Below are positions 29,335 through 42,556 of a DNA stretch of 64,000 nt, piece by piece. The translations under genes were made by a program, and so were the position numbers. Below the pieces are notes generated by a model. It ran no database searches. It had not been told where the DNA came from and saw nothing but the letters and a program-made list of their open reading frames with translations. Position 1 is the stretch's first letter, and each line of letters starts with the position of its first letter. Location of the stretch: positions 44,764,001-44,828,000 of the forward strand of contig OZ024746.1 in assembly GCA_964016885.1 (NCBI GenBank). Reading direction: 5' to 3'. Source of the DNA: Eledone cirrhosa. Its lineage: Eukaryota.

Positions 29335-30092
29335 TATATATGTATATATACATTGTATATATATATATACATTGTATATATATTTATACATTGTATATAT
29401 ATACATTGTATATATATATACATTGTATACATTGTATATATATACATTGTATATATATATACATTATATACATTGTATATATATATATATAATTAGATAT
29501 ATCACTGAGATAGATATATATATATATGCTGCTCTCCTCCTCATCATCCAATTCCGCCCCTTCTCCTTCCTCCTCTTCCTTAACCGTCCTCGTCCTCCCC
29601 TTCCTGGCATTCCCACCCATCATCTCCTATCTCCATTTCCACCCCTTCCTCTATTCCCCTTCCTCCACATCCTCCACTTCCCCCTCTCTTCCCTCTCCTC
29701 CCTTTCCTCCACTAACTCCCTTTACCCCTTTCTCCCCTTCCTACTGCCCCCTTCTCTCCTTGCTCTGCTTGTTTTCCTTGCTCCCCTTTTATCCTTGCTC
29801 TCCTTGCTCTCATTTTCTCCACGCTCTCCTTGCTCTCCTTTTATCCTTGCTCTTCTTTTCACTATGCTCTCCTTTTCTCCATACTGTCCTTGCTCTCCTT
29901 GCTCTCCTTTTCTCCACACTCTCCTTGCTCTCCTTTTCTCCATGCTCTCCTTGATTTCCCTTTTGTCCTTGCTCTCCTTTTCTCCATGCTCTCCATGCTC
30001 CCCCTTGCTCTCCTTTTCTCCATGCTCTCCATGCACTCATTGCTCTCCTTGCTCTCCTTTTTTGTCATTTCTCTCCTTGCTCTCCCTTTTTC
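29335..30092. repeat. (TA)n-CATTG minisatellite followed by CT-rich (TTGCTCTCC)-like low-complexity DNA
   Basis: Directly visible. Confidence 0.93.
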
Positions 30093-30348
30093 CTAGTATC
30101 TATGTACTTGTTTACATACAAATACTCAGTTCTCGTAATAAGTAATTTTCTGAAAGTTAAAATCTTGCTGCTCCCACAGGTTTGCACGGTGCCTTCCCCA
30201 TTATATTTATTGTCATTTATTCTTCTAATACTAAGAATAAGTCGGAACAAGTTTTTAATTTAAGAGAAAATTATGATCTAAAAAATTTGTATCTAAAAAA
30301 TGACTTTCCGGACGAACACTTAAAACTGTATGTATGTATGTATGTATG

Positions 30349-30376
<28 letters not shown>

Positions 30377-30380
<4 letters not shown>

Positions 30381-32673
30381 ATCACGTGTTAGGCGGAGTC
30401 TTTCTCAGATGAAGGATCAGTGGTGGAGTGAGAAGGCTGGTGAGATACAAACTGCGTCTGATTCCAATAACACAAAGCTGTTGTACAGTCTCTTGCGTGA
30501 GGTTTATCGACCGTCTTCTCTGGTGACACCGCTTCGCAGCAAGGATGGCAAAGAACTTCTTCGTGACTCACAGGGAATTCTACGAAGGTGGCGAGAGCTC
30601 TTTGATGATCTTTTGAATCAGCCGTCTGTCGTCAGTGAAGATTTCCTCAATCTCATTCCAGAAAGTCCTGTGAAAGTAGCTCTCGCAGAACCTCCGACGC
30701 TTGTGGAGTTTGCAGTGGCTATTTCGAAGCTGAACAGTGGAAGATCTCCAGGTATGGATGGCATACATGCTGAGCTCCTACAATATGGTGGTGAGAGACT
30801 CCTGCAACATCTGCACTCTTTGTTTGGAAGGATATGGGCTAATGAATTCGTACCTGTGGACTGAAGAGATGCAGTAATGGTGGTCTTGTACAAGGGAAAG
30901 GGTAACAGGAATGATTGTGGGAACTACAGAGGTATATCATTGCTTTCTGTCGTAGAGAAAGTTTTATGTAGGGTGCTTCTGGACCGTCTGCTGACACACA
31001 TTGCAGATTGTGTTCTTCCTGAAAGTCAATCTGGTTTTCGTGCTGGACGCGGCACTACTGATATGATCTTCTCAGCCAGACAGCTCCAGGAGAAGTGCAT
31101 TGAACAAGGCTTGGATCTGTATCAGGTTTTTGTCGATCTGACAAAGGCTTTCGATACTGTCAACAGAGATGCATTATGGAAGGTTCTCCAGAAACTTGGT
31201 TGCCCTGATAAGTTCCTTGCTTTAGTTAGGTCTTTCCATGACGACATGAAGGCTTGGGTTAATGTCGGAGGTAACATGTCGGAGCCTATCTCAGTAAAAA
31301 ATGGAGTGAAACAGGGGGATATTCCAGCACCGACCCTGTTTGCCATATACTTTGCAATGGTTTTCTGTATTGCATTCAGGAATTGCGAGCATGGTGTTTA
31401 CATCCGATATCGAACCTCAGGCGGCATATTTAACATCAGGCGCTTTGCTGCGAAGACAAAAGTATTTACATCAATCATAAGAGACCTCTTGTATGCAGAT
31501 GATTGCGATCTTGTAGCGCACACAGAGAGTGATATGCAGCACATTTTGAATGCATTTTCTGACGCTTGCACTGCCCTGGGTTTGACTGTCAGTCTCAAGA
31601 AAACCGTCGTCATGTACCAACCTGCCCCTAGTAAGCAGTACACTGAACCAAACATCTATGTGTATGGCAAACGACTTGGAGTGGTTGATCAGTTTGTCTA
31701 CCTGGGAAGCAAGGTCAATCGATACGGCAACCTTGACAGTGAAATCTCACTTAGGATTAGGAAAGCAAGTGATGCTTTCGGAAAGCTAGAAAGGCGACTC
31801 TGGGGTCGGCGAGACATATGCAGGAGGACAAATGTAAAGGTGTACAGGGCATGTGTACTCTCTTGTCTTCTTTATGCCTGGGAGACCTGGGTCACATATC
31901 GACACCACCTTAAGCAATTGGAGCGTTTCTATCAGATGTGTCTCAGACGGATCCACGGCGTTCACTGGAGGGACCACATCAGTGATGTCGAGATTTTGGA
32001 AAGCTCTATGTGTGACAGTATAGAAGCTCTTGTGCTTAAGCAACGACTCCGTTGGAGTGGTCACCTTGCCAGGATGAAGGATTCTAGAATACCAAAACAA
32101 CTCTTTTATGGAGAGTTGGTTAAAGGAAAACGACCGCCACATAAACCAAAAAAGAGGTATAAGGATTCCTTGAAAGCCTCTCTGAAAGACGCTAACATCT
32201 CTGCTGATACATGGGAGAATATTGCTGCTAATCGTAATAAATGGAGAAAGACTGTATATAAGGGAAAAGTTGCCTTTGAGGCATCTCGAATCGCACACGA
32301 GAAAGTAAAGCGGGATGTGAGGAAGGGCATTGCTGCTGCACTTCCAGACGGCGAGGGTCCTCCTATGGTGCTGATATGCAGCGTCTGTGCGAGACTCTGC
32401 CTAAGCAAAGCTGGACTCGAAAGTCATCTTCGCAGTCATAAAGTAAGACCAGTGGTTGACTACCAGGCTGCTGTTGGAGATGCTACTCATCATGCTTGCC
32501 AAACATGTGGTAGAGAATGTAAATCAGCAGGAGGGCTCAAGCGACATGCAAAAGTACACGAACTCCAACCACAGCCGACTATTCCCAGTGAATGTTTTGG
32601 TTGCCGACTCTGTGCAAGACATTTTAGATCATTGGCTGGGCTAAAAAGCCACATTCGATCGCAGCACTGTTAG
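30377..32673 (+). pseudogene. RTE reverse transcriptase with three C-terminal C2H2 fingers and a single premature stop (30862-30864)
   Basis: SPGMDGI, NYRGISLLS, QSGFRAGRGT, FVDLTKAFD, GVKQG, LYADD, YLGS, RLRWSGH. The TGA falls where W is expected in PVDWRDA. Confidence 0.93.
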
Positions 32674-32759
32674 TTGCTATCGTGTGTGTGTGTGTGTAGA
32701 TATGCTTATGTGCGTGCGTGTGTGTGTGTATATATATGAATATGTATATTATTATTGTT

Positions 32760-33123
32760 GTCGTTATTCCTTGAATCTCAGTCATTGATGTTGGTTAACT
32801 GGAAAGTCCGTTGGATTGAATATCAAGCCACTACCTGCAGCCTCAGATATTCAGGACGTATCGGAGGGTTCTTGCTGTTCCAAGCAAGCATGCCTTTTGA
32901 AGCGTTCCAAAAAGCGTGAAGGGGCCGATTTTCTTTAACCATCCCTGGAAACTTTTGGAGATAGTCCCCAGTGCGCCTATGACAATCGGGATCACTTTGA
33001 CTTCATGGCAGTTCCAAATCCTTTTCACCTCCCACTTTAGGTCCTGGTATCGGTTAATTTTCTCCCTCTCCTTCTCTTGCACTCTCGTGTCGAACGGGCA
33101 GGCCACATCCACAATCAGGCATG
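32760..33123 (-). mobile_element. 3' fragment of a Dong/R4 LINE (restriction-like endonuclease) in (TAA)n
   Basis: DVACPFD...EKEREKINRYQDLKWEVKRIW...VIPIVIGALG...LQKACLLGTA. (TTA)n runs flank it. Confidence 0.88.
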
Positions 33124-33142
33124 TCGTTATTATTATTATTGC

Positions 33143-33182
<40 letters not shown>

Positions 33183-33246
33183 GTTATTAATGTATGTGTG
33201 TATATGTGTGTGTATGTGTATGTATGTGTGTATGTATATATGTATG

Positions 33247-33281
<35 letters not shown>

Positions 33282-33290
33282 CTTTTTTTT

Positions 33291-33339
<49 letters not shown>

Positions 33340-34119
33340 TTTTTTTTTTTTTTTCTTCTCGTGCAATGGCCATACTCGATAATGAGGAGGCAGCCATCAT
33401 CATGTATGTATGTATGTATGTTTGTATGTATGTATGTATGTACGTATGTATGTATGTATGTGTGTGTGTGTGTGTGTGTGTGCATACGTGCATGCATATG
33501 TGCGTGGGGTGGTTGTTTGTGTGTGCGTTTCAAGAAAGACAACAAATCGCTCTCTATATATAAACAGACGTAATTTATTTTGAATAATACACACGATGTC
33601 TATATCATAAACATAGGGGTATGCCCGTCTCCCTTGTCGTCCACCGAGGGAACGCCTTCTCCATCCTGTCCGCGGGGGCTGTGTGTGTAGGGGGGGGGGG
33701 GCATCGCGTAATATTCCATATTTACGTATCCGAAACACAAAACCTGTTTCTTTAGTCTCCACACATTACACCTGGGTACCGTTGGTGACTCCGGCCGGTC
33801 ATTCATCTTTTGCAAAAGCCTCCAACAAACTTGTAATATTTTGTGTAGGCATAAAGAACGAGAGAAGTAATACAATTTTGAGAAGGTGTATGCGAACTTA
33901 CCCAAACGACACTTACCTCCATATGTATGCGTGTGACTCTACTGAATCCGGATGTGGAATTTCGTGTTAAAGGACTTTCGTGTGCAGATTTAACTCGGTG
34001 TTGGCTTGTATATTTTCCGATATAACGTTGCAATTCCAATGATCAGTCCAATCACCTACATCTCATCCTTTCTCAGTGCTCGAGTTAGCCAATAACTGCC
34101 CTCCCCCTCTGATTTAATC

Positions 34120-34300
34120 TAGGAGAACCCAACAAAATGCCTTGGGATTTGGATTGCTGACTCAACTTCTGACACGACCAACATCAGCAATGCAGAAAGG
34201 CAGTCAGAGGAAAAGCTGGGGAGAATTGAGAAATTAGGATTCCCAGAAATATTTGAAGCATGGCTCTTCCAGCATGATCTGATGTCGAGATTCCTGCATT
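34120..34300 (+). pseudogene. Small relic of an RLE-type (HERO/NeSL-like) LINE
   Basis: PTKCLGIWI...IEKLGFPEIFEAWLFQHDLMSRFL resembles the SGLPGKxKAWxxQH..LPRL motif. Confidence 0.4.
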
Positions 34301-34409
34301 ACTTCGTGAGCATTCACGTAGTAATTTGCTTTTCATTTCTAGAACCTATGTATTGTGTTCTGCCTCCCCCTTATCCCAGCTCTCTCGTTCTCACACACAC
34401 TCTGAATAT

Positions 34410-34475
<66 letters not shown>

Positions 34476-34852
34476 GGATGCAGAGATAGATAAACAGACA
34501 GATAAATAGATAGATAGACAGACAGATAAATAGATAGATAGATAGAGAGATCAATCGATCGATCGATAGATAGATAGATAGATAGATATGTTTCTTTTAT
34601 TTGCCACTAGGGCATCAAAAGTGGGACAAGTACAAAGGGGGGAGTTTACACAAAAAGGCGTCCTCAATAAGGAGGAGGCAATAACAAAATATAAAAATAA
34701 AATAAGATATAACAAAAAGTAAAATTTTTAACAAAATCCTCAATAGAGAGGAGGCGCCTTGGGGGGTCGCACACACCCCCGAAAAAAGTGTGCAACCCTT
34801 CTCCTCAGGAGCACAGAGAAGGGGTGCTCCCTTGGTCTTTCATCTTCCTCGC

Positions 34853-37800
34853 CTATAGTCTGATGTAGAGTGAAGGCCCATTCACACGGGCCATTCTCGC
34901 CACTTTCACCCATCTTTCATAGAAACGGCTGGGGTGCAGCACCTCTCTCTCCATCCTGATCCTTCTTCCGAAATGATATAGGAAGAAACGGACCAGTTGT
35001 TGGCCAGAGAGAAAGGTGCCTGACCTCAGTCCTTTCAGACGCGTCCACCATACAACCTCTTTCGCCATGGCTATTACGCACAGAAACACCGCCTCTGCTT
35101 CATCTTTGAAGGGGGGAGGCGGCTTGATCATTACAATAGACTCGGTGGTCAACCGGATCGGTCCCACCCTTGACAGCAGTTGTTCGACATAGCCCCACAG
35201 ATCGGCTACGCCCGAGCAGTGTACCAATGCGTGTGCAACGGTTTCCTCGTCGCACACGCATCTGGGACAGATCTTTTTGGCGGGGTCCCTACCCGGGCGC
35301 CCGTGTCTGTAGAGCCTTTCTCGAACGGGTAAAGCCCCTCGGTAGCACTGCCAGGCCAGGGACTTCTGGAAGTTGTCCATAGGTCCCGGGCTGAATGTCC
35401 TACCGAACAGGCTGGCCAGTTCGTCCTCCTCCATGTCTAGGGCTTCTCCGAGGGCGTCGTCGCACCTGCTGCGTACCAGCCCTCTATAGAATGTTGCGGT
35501 GGAGTCTCCACTGATAACCGGATCCGCCTGCCAGAGCGCGGTGAGCGCCTGGGCACACTCAGTGTGCCAGGCGCCCAGTTTTCTCGGTCTTTGCTTGACC
35601 CAGGATTGCAGCTCGGTGAGTGAGACGAGTCTGGGAAAGGTTCGTCTCACAAACGAGGCCCACACCGGTTGTCCGGTGAGGAATACGTAGAGGTGCCGTA
35701 GCCTTAATGCGTGTTTACGCATCATTAGCCACGGCATCCCCAGCCCTCCTTTCGAAGGGTGTTGACAGCAGATGGATCTCCTCACCATAGGAGCCCGCCT
35801 CTTCCAAAGGAATTGGAAGAGCGCGCGCTCCATCTTGGTGAGGGTTTCCCTTGGGCAGGGCACTACGGTCAGGCGGTAGTAGATGACGGACGCTATGTAG
35901 GTGTTCGCCACCTCCGCCCGACCTTTCAGGGATAGTTTGCAACTGGCCCACTTCTGGGTCAGTGCAAACACCCTGTTCGTAACCTCCGCCCAGTTTTTCT
36001 CCACCTGGAGGTCCGGTCCGAACCAGACCCCGAGCAACTTCACCGGGCCCTCCGTCCAGCGTCCGACGACGCCATCGGAGGGCATCGGTCTGCCCCTCCA
36101 CGTGCCGAGTTGGAAACCGATCGACTTGTCCCGGTTCAGCTTAGCCCCTGTGAACTTTTCGTACTCCTCCAGTAAGGTGCCGACCGCCTCGATTTCGGAG
36201 ACGTCGACACCATTACTGTCACGTCATCGGCGTAGGCCGACACCGCTTTCCGCAATCCCGGTTCCAAAGGGATGCCCTGCAACAACTCCAACTTCCGCAG
36301 TAGTGGCTCGAGAGTCAACACATACAGAAGGGAGGAGAGAGGGCACCTTTGTCGGATGGACCGCGCGATTTTGAACGGCTCCGAGAGGTAGCCGTTCACC
36401 TTGACCCTAGAGCAGATGCGGCTGCTGTGCATAGCAGTGATCCAGCCCCTGAAAACGGGTCCGAAGCCTGCCGCCGCTAGCACCGCATCCAGGTAACCAT
36501 GGTCGACCCTATCGAACGCCTTAGATTGATCCAAGTTGATCAGAGCCCCACCAAAGCCGGGTTCGTTCCCAACCCTCTCTATGATGTATCGCATGAGGTG
36601 GAGGTTGTCATGGATGGACCTGGACGGGATAGCGCATGTCTGCGCATCTCCCACCAGGTTGTCCACGACAAGCGCCAACCTCTTTGCTAGCACCTTGGCC
36701 AAAATCTGTAACTCTGTATTTAGCAGTGTTATGGGCCTGAAGTTACTTATTTCGTCCCCCTTGTTCTCGTCCTTCCTCACTAGCGTGACTACGCCCTTGG
36801 TCACAGTACAGGGAATTCTCCCGTTCTGTTGCCAGTTGCAGTAGACCACCTCGAGGAGATCGGGGAACAAGTCCGGCATAGCTAGATATAATTCGTAAGG
36901 AAGACCATCGAGACCCGGGGATTTGCGTTTGCCGCATTGGCTCAGCACGTCCTCTATCTCAGCGGCCGAAATCGGCTCCTCGCAGGACTTCGCCTCCCTG
37001 TCCGAGAGGCGCGGCAGGCCGTCGAGGTATGGACCGAAGTCCACGTTCCCAACCGGCTCCCCGCCCCTCCCGAACAGTCGGGCAAAGTGCCTTTGAAAGG
37101 CCTCACACATCTGCTTAGGCTCAAGAATCGCTCGTCTATCCAGGTCTCGCAAAGACCGGATGGTGGATTTAGTTCCACTGTTGGCCTCTGTCACGCGGGC
37201 CCAGCTAACAGCTTTGGTCCTCTCGTTCCCTAGAGCACGTATTTTACTTCGGACAACGCAGCCTTCGTGCTTCGCGTCGAAAAACTGGCTCAAAGCCGTT
37301 CTCGACGCTAGCACTCTGGCCACGGCGCCGCTTCTAATTGCCTCTTCTACTCTATCTATTAGCTCCCTTTCCTTCCAATTCCTATCCGCAGCTAGAACCT
37401 TACTAAATTCTATCGAGACTACTCTAATCTCTCTCTTTAAAGATACCCACCACCTGCTGTTGACGATCGCTCCAGTCAACCGTTCCTTAACTAACGTACT
37501 AATCCGATTCCTGTAGGCTCTACTTGCCGGCAAGGACAAGTTGAGCTTCCAGTAACCGGGGCCCTGTCTATGAGTTCTGTCAAGGTTGACCATGCAGGTC
37601 ACTAATTTGTGGTCTGAATAGCCAACCATGCGCATTTTTGGACAACTTAAAAAGTCCTTATCCTTAATTCTAACTAAGAACCTATCTAGGTACGACCTAG
37701 ATGATCCGCTACAATTTGCCCAAGTCCAGGTTGGCGCAGTCGGAAAATCTAGTCGATATCTATCGGCCAGGTCAAATCGACCGATTAACCCTTTGAGGCT

Positions 37801-38283
37801 ATTACACCCCTCTCTATCGGGGCAGGCCCCTACGTAGTCCCAGCGTGCATCTAGGATACCATTCCAGTCCCCCACTAATAGCAAGGAGCGGGACGTCCCT
37901 AGAAAAGTCTCCAGACGATGGAAGAAGTCCAGCCGCATTGACCCGAAAGGGCCGTAGGCGGCTACCAACCTAAACGCTCCGCCTTTACCACTGCCAAGGT
38001 CCAGAACCACTAGTCGACCCTCCGGGTCCAAATGTACCATCTGTGTTGCGAGACCCAGATGTTTTTGCAGCAGAACGACAACTCCACCCCCGCCTCCGGG
38101 CTGACAGAGAGATGCGTGCATCTCAAAGTCATCAAAGGTGGGGGCCAGCTGTCGCACGTTGCTGATCCGGGCCTCGCAAATAACCATCACATCTATACGT
38201 TGTGACCTGAGGTCATTTAGAAGCATTGCTTGCTTCCAAGTTGAGCCCAGGCCACGCGCATTTAAACAGCCTACTCTTAGCAT
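34853..38283 (-). pseudogene. Tx1 ORF2 (APE endonuclease, RT, zf-RVT) with one frameshift near 36203
   Basis: LNARGL, GDWN, SYLDRF, SDHK, GYWKLN, SPGLDGL, FRPITLLN, DQSKAFDRV, YADD, CPRC..ETVAHALVHC. One-nt deletion relative to the copy at 41365. Confidence 0.95.
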
Positions 38284-38313
38284 AGCCAGGTTGGTGGTGA
38301 AGAGAAAAGGCAC

Positions 38314-39800
38314 TTACCTCTCTGCGTCCCGGGTATCGGGCTGCACAATTTCCATTAGGGTGGGGGATGGGTTGTTGGGTGGGGTGGTGGTTTGTGGAAG
38401 TGTGGGGGCATCAGTGTGATGTGTGGTTGGGGAGCTTGGAGTTGTGTGGGTGTTTGGGGAGGGGGTGGGATAGTTTTTTAGGAGGACGCGGTTAATGGGC
38501 CCGACGCAGGGGGAACCCACGTCCTCTTTAAAATTGTTTTTTAAAGTTTTATCGGTGTCCTGTGGGGCCTTAATCATTTTGAGGTGGGGGAAATCCCCTG
38601 CCTGGGTGAAGTTAGGCCCTTGTGTTTTTATTAGATTGTTGTTGTACACAATGTTTAACAGTTTTTTGTTTCTTGTATTTATGTATGTGTATGCATGTTT
38701 TTGTTTTTGTGTGGTGTTTTTTGTTTGCTGTTGTTGTGAGCTCTTTTGTGTTGGTGTCAGTGTTATGTTTTGGGGAGGGGTTTTTTTCATTTGTGTGTCT
38801 GAGGTGTGTTTTCTTTTTTTTCTTTTGATTGTGTGGAAGTGCTCCTCCTCGTCTGACGACGAACTAGAGTCATCTTCCGCGTTGGAGGGGAGGGGTATAT
38901 TTTCGGGTTGTGTTTGCGGTACGGGTGTTTTGGAAATTGTTTTTGTTTTTTGAGTGGAGGGGATGGGTTGGACATTGTTTTGTTTTGGTTTGAGCTGTGG
39001 TGGTTGTTTTTGTAGTGGTAGTTGTGGTGATTGTGTTGGTTGTGCAGTTGTTGGTGGTGTAGGCAGGATTGGGGTTTTCTTATTAAGTTGGGGACAGACA
39101 GCCCTCAGGTGACCTCTGGTTCCGCAGAGGTAACACGAGGGCCGTCTACCCTCAACGGTAATGTTGATGAAGGTTAGATCATCCAGTATGACGCGTTCAG
39201 GGATCTGGGCGATCCTTTCGGGCCTCATTTGAACTACAAGTTCGAGGCTCGTTCCACTGAACGCGTCACCCGATGCCTTTCCCATGGACACCAGCATGTC
39301 ATCCTCCAGGTCCAGAAAACCTGTCAAAACCCACCATATGTCCATAATCGGCAGGATGGTGTGGATTTTTATTTTTTGTGTTCTTCTACCCATGTACGTA
39401 GGGTAGAAGGTGTATGCGGTGGATGTGATTGGTTTGATGGACAGTTTCACTGCTGTGTCCCTGTCCTTCATGAGAATGGATAGACTCCCGTAGAGTCTAT
39501 CCTTCTGAATGAAGGTGATGTCCTTCATGACGTCTTTTAAAACCAGCTCTATCTCGCTCTGTGATGGTTGAGCTGGTTTTTTACTTTTGTTCGAGATTGT
39601 CCTAAACATGACCGTGTTTAGGAGTCTCTGGCTTTTTAGTTCCGGGGGGGAATGGATTGTGAATGAACCATTTTCCCCGTACACTATATATTTTTTCGCA
39701 TCCGCCAGTAGCTCCTTCGCTTTTGTTATATCTACTGGCAGATAGTCGAGGGTTTTCCTTGTCGTCTCGGCGAAGGAGAAATTTTGTTTGTTTGTGTTAT
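38314..39800 (-). CDS. Tx1 ORF1 (gag-like, CCHC zinc knuckle, P/Q/T-rich tail); true start not visible
   Basis: CYLCGTRGHLRAVC knuckle. The frame is open up to the element edge; the listed start at 39864 lies in the neighbouring element. Confidence 0.85.
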
Positions 39801-39817
39801 AGTTAGATAGATAGATA

Positions 39818-42556
39818 AATTTCCTTATTAGCCACAAGAGCACAAAAGAATGGGACAAATACAAATAGGGAGTTTACATACAGGTATATGAAAATAAAAC
39901 TATTAATACAATAACAAATAACAATTGAAATCCCCAATAGGGGTGGGGTGACACAGGGGTTGTACACACCCCGAAAAAATGTACAACCCTCATCTCCAGG
40001 AGCACTAAGAGTGAGTACTCCCTTCCTCTCTTCCTCTTTTTCCTCAGCCTACAGGCTTATATAGAGAGAAGGCCCAACCACTCGGGCCATCTTTGCCACA
40101 TTCACCAACCTTTTATAAAATTTGCTGGGGTACAGCACCTCTCTCTCCATCCTGATTCTTCTTCGAAAATGATATTTGAAAAAACGAATCAGTTGTTCGC
40201 CGGAGAGAAAGGTGTCTGACCTCAGCCCTTTTAACCTCGTCCACCATATAACCCCTTTCAGCATAGCCATAACACATAGGAAAATCGCCTCTCCCTCATT
40301 TTTGAAGGAGGGTGGCGGTTTGATCATGACACTGGACTCGGTGGTCAACTGGATTGGTCCCACCCGCGACAATAGTCGTTCAACATAGCCCCATAGGTCG
40401 GTAACGCCCAGGCAGTGTACAAATGCGTGTTTCCTCGTCGCGCACGCATCTCGGACATATCTTTTTCGAAGGGTCCCTACCCGGGCGCCCGTATCTGAAG
40501 AGCTTATCTCGAACTGGTAGAGCTCCTCGGTCAGCACTGCCAGGCCAGGGACTTTTGAAAGTTGTCCATTGATCCCGGGCGGAAGGTCCTACCGAACAGA
40601 CTGGCCAGTTCGTCCTCCTCTACGCCTAGAGTTTCTTCGAGCGTGTCGTCGCACTTGCTGCGGACCAACTCTCTATAGAATGTCGAAGTGGTGTCTCCAC
40701 TGATCGCCGGGTCCGTTTGCCAGAGGACTGTGAGCGCCTGAGCACATTCGATATGCCAGTCGCCCATTTTCCTCGGTCAGCGAGACGAGTCGTGGGAAGG
40801 CTCGCCTCACGAACGGGGCCCACACCTGTTGTCTTTTGAGGAATACGTGGAGGTGCCGCAGCCTGAGCGCGTGTTTGCGCATCGTCCCGCCACGGCATCC
40901 CCAATCCTCCGTTTGAAGGGTGTTGGCAGCAGATGGATCTTCTCACCAAAGAAGCCCGTTTCTTCCAAAGGAATTGGAAGAGCGCGCGCTCTATTTTGGT
41001 GAGCGTTTTGGCTGGACAAGGCACAACGGTCAAGCGGTAGTAGATGACGGACGCTATAAAAGTGTTCGCCACCTCCGCTCGACCTTTCAAGGATAGTTTG
41101 CACTCGGCCCACTTCTGGGTGAGCGCAAACACCTTGTCCGTCACCTCGTTCCAGTTCTTCTCCACCTGGAGGTCAGGACTAAATCAGACACCGAGTAGCT
41201 TTACCGGTTCGTCCGTCCAGCGTCTGACGACGCCATCGGAAGTCATCGGTTTGCCTCTCCACGATCCGAGTTGCAAACCGATGGACTTGTCCCGGTTCAG
41301 CTTCGCTCCTGTGAAACTTTCGTATTCCTTCAGTAAGGTGCCGACGTCCTCGATTTGCGAGGCGCTCGACACCATTACTGTCACGTCGTCGGCGTAGGCC
41401 GACGCCGCTTTCCACAGTCCCGGTTCCAGAGGGATGCTCTGCAATAGCTCCAACTTCCGCAGTAGTGGCTCAAGAGTCAGTACGTACAGAAGGGAGGAGA
41501 GATGGCATCCCTGTCGAATGGATCGCGTAATATGGAACGGCTCCGAGAGGTAGCCGTTCACCTTGACCCTTGAACAGATGTTGCTGTTGTGCATTGCAGC
41601 AATCCAGCCTCTGAACACGGGTCCGAAGCCTGCCGCCTCGACCACCGCATCCAGGTAACGATGGTCAACCCTATCTAAAGCCTTAGACTGATCCAAGTTG
41701 ATCAGGGCCCCACCGAAGCCGGGTTTACACCCTACACTCTCTATGATGTATCGCATGAGGTGGAGGTTGTCGTGTATGGACCTGGTCGGGATTGCGCATG
41801 TCTGCGCTTCTCCCACCAGGTTCTCGACGACAAGCGCCAGCCTCTTTGCCAACACCTTGGCCAAAATCTGTAACTCTGTGTTTAGCAGAGTTATGGGCCG
41901 GAAGTTACCTATTTCATCCCCCTTATTCTCGTCCTTCCTGACTAGTGTGACAACGCCCCCGGTTACAGAACTGGGAATTCTCCCGTTCTGTTGCCAGTTG
42001 CAGTAGACCGCTTCCAGGAGACTGGAGAATAAGTCCGGCATTGCTACGTAAAATTCGTAGGGTAGACCGTCGAGACCTGGAGATTTGCATTTGCCGCATT
42101 GGCTCAGCGCGTCCCCTATCTCAGCGGCTGAAATCGGCTTTTCGCAGAACTTTGCCTCGCTGTCCGAGAGTCGCGGTAGGCCGTCGAGGTATAGACCGAA
42201 ATCCATAGCCCCTCCCGCCGCCCCGCCCTGCCCGAACAGTTGAGCAAAGTGCCGCTGAAAGGCCGCACACATCTGCCTCGGCTCACGTATCACGCGTCCG
42301 TTTTGGTCCTTCAAAGACCGAATCGTGGACTTGTTGCCACTTTTTGCCTCCGTCACCCGGGCCCAGCTAACAGCTTTGGCTCCCTCGTTTCCCAGAGCAC
42401 GTATTTTGCTTCTGACAACGCAGCCCTCGTGCTTTGCGTCGAAGAACTGGTCCAAGGCCGTTCTCGTTGCTAGCACGCTGGCTACGTTGCCACTTCTAAT
42501 TGCCTCTTCTACTTTATCTACCAGTTCCTTCTCGGTTCTATTTCTATCTAACGCAT
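39818..42556 (-). mobile_element. Second, 5'-truncated, diverged Tx1 copy in tandem
   Basis: RT with stops and frameshifts, homologous to 34853-37390. GATA repeats at both junctions. Confidence 0.93.

Larger units (their letters stand above)
30377..33402 (+). mobile_element. 5'-truncated RTE-clade LINE in (TATG)n, with 3'UTR interrupted by a Dong/R4 fragment
   Basis: RT ORF, RTE-type 3' end at 33360-33402, (ATGT)n on both sides. Confidence 0.93.
34590..39802 (-). mobile_element. Near full-length Tx1/L1-clade LINE inserted in (GATA)n
   Basis: ORF1, ORF2, 3'UTR with AATAAA; GATA repeats at both ends. Confidence 0.95.

Noticed and set aside
29306-30145. 279-aa and overlapping ORFs
   Set aside because: CT-rich low-complexity DNA.
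39803-39864. Listed ORF1 start at 39864
   Set aside because: It lies in the 3' end of the neighbouring Tx1 copy and the GATA junction.
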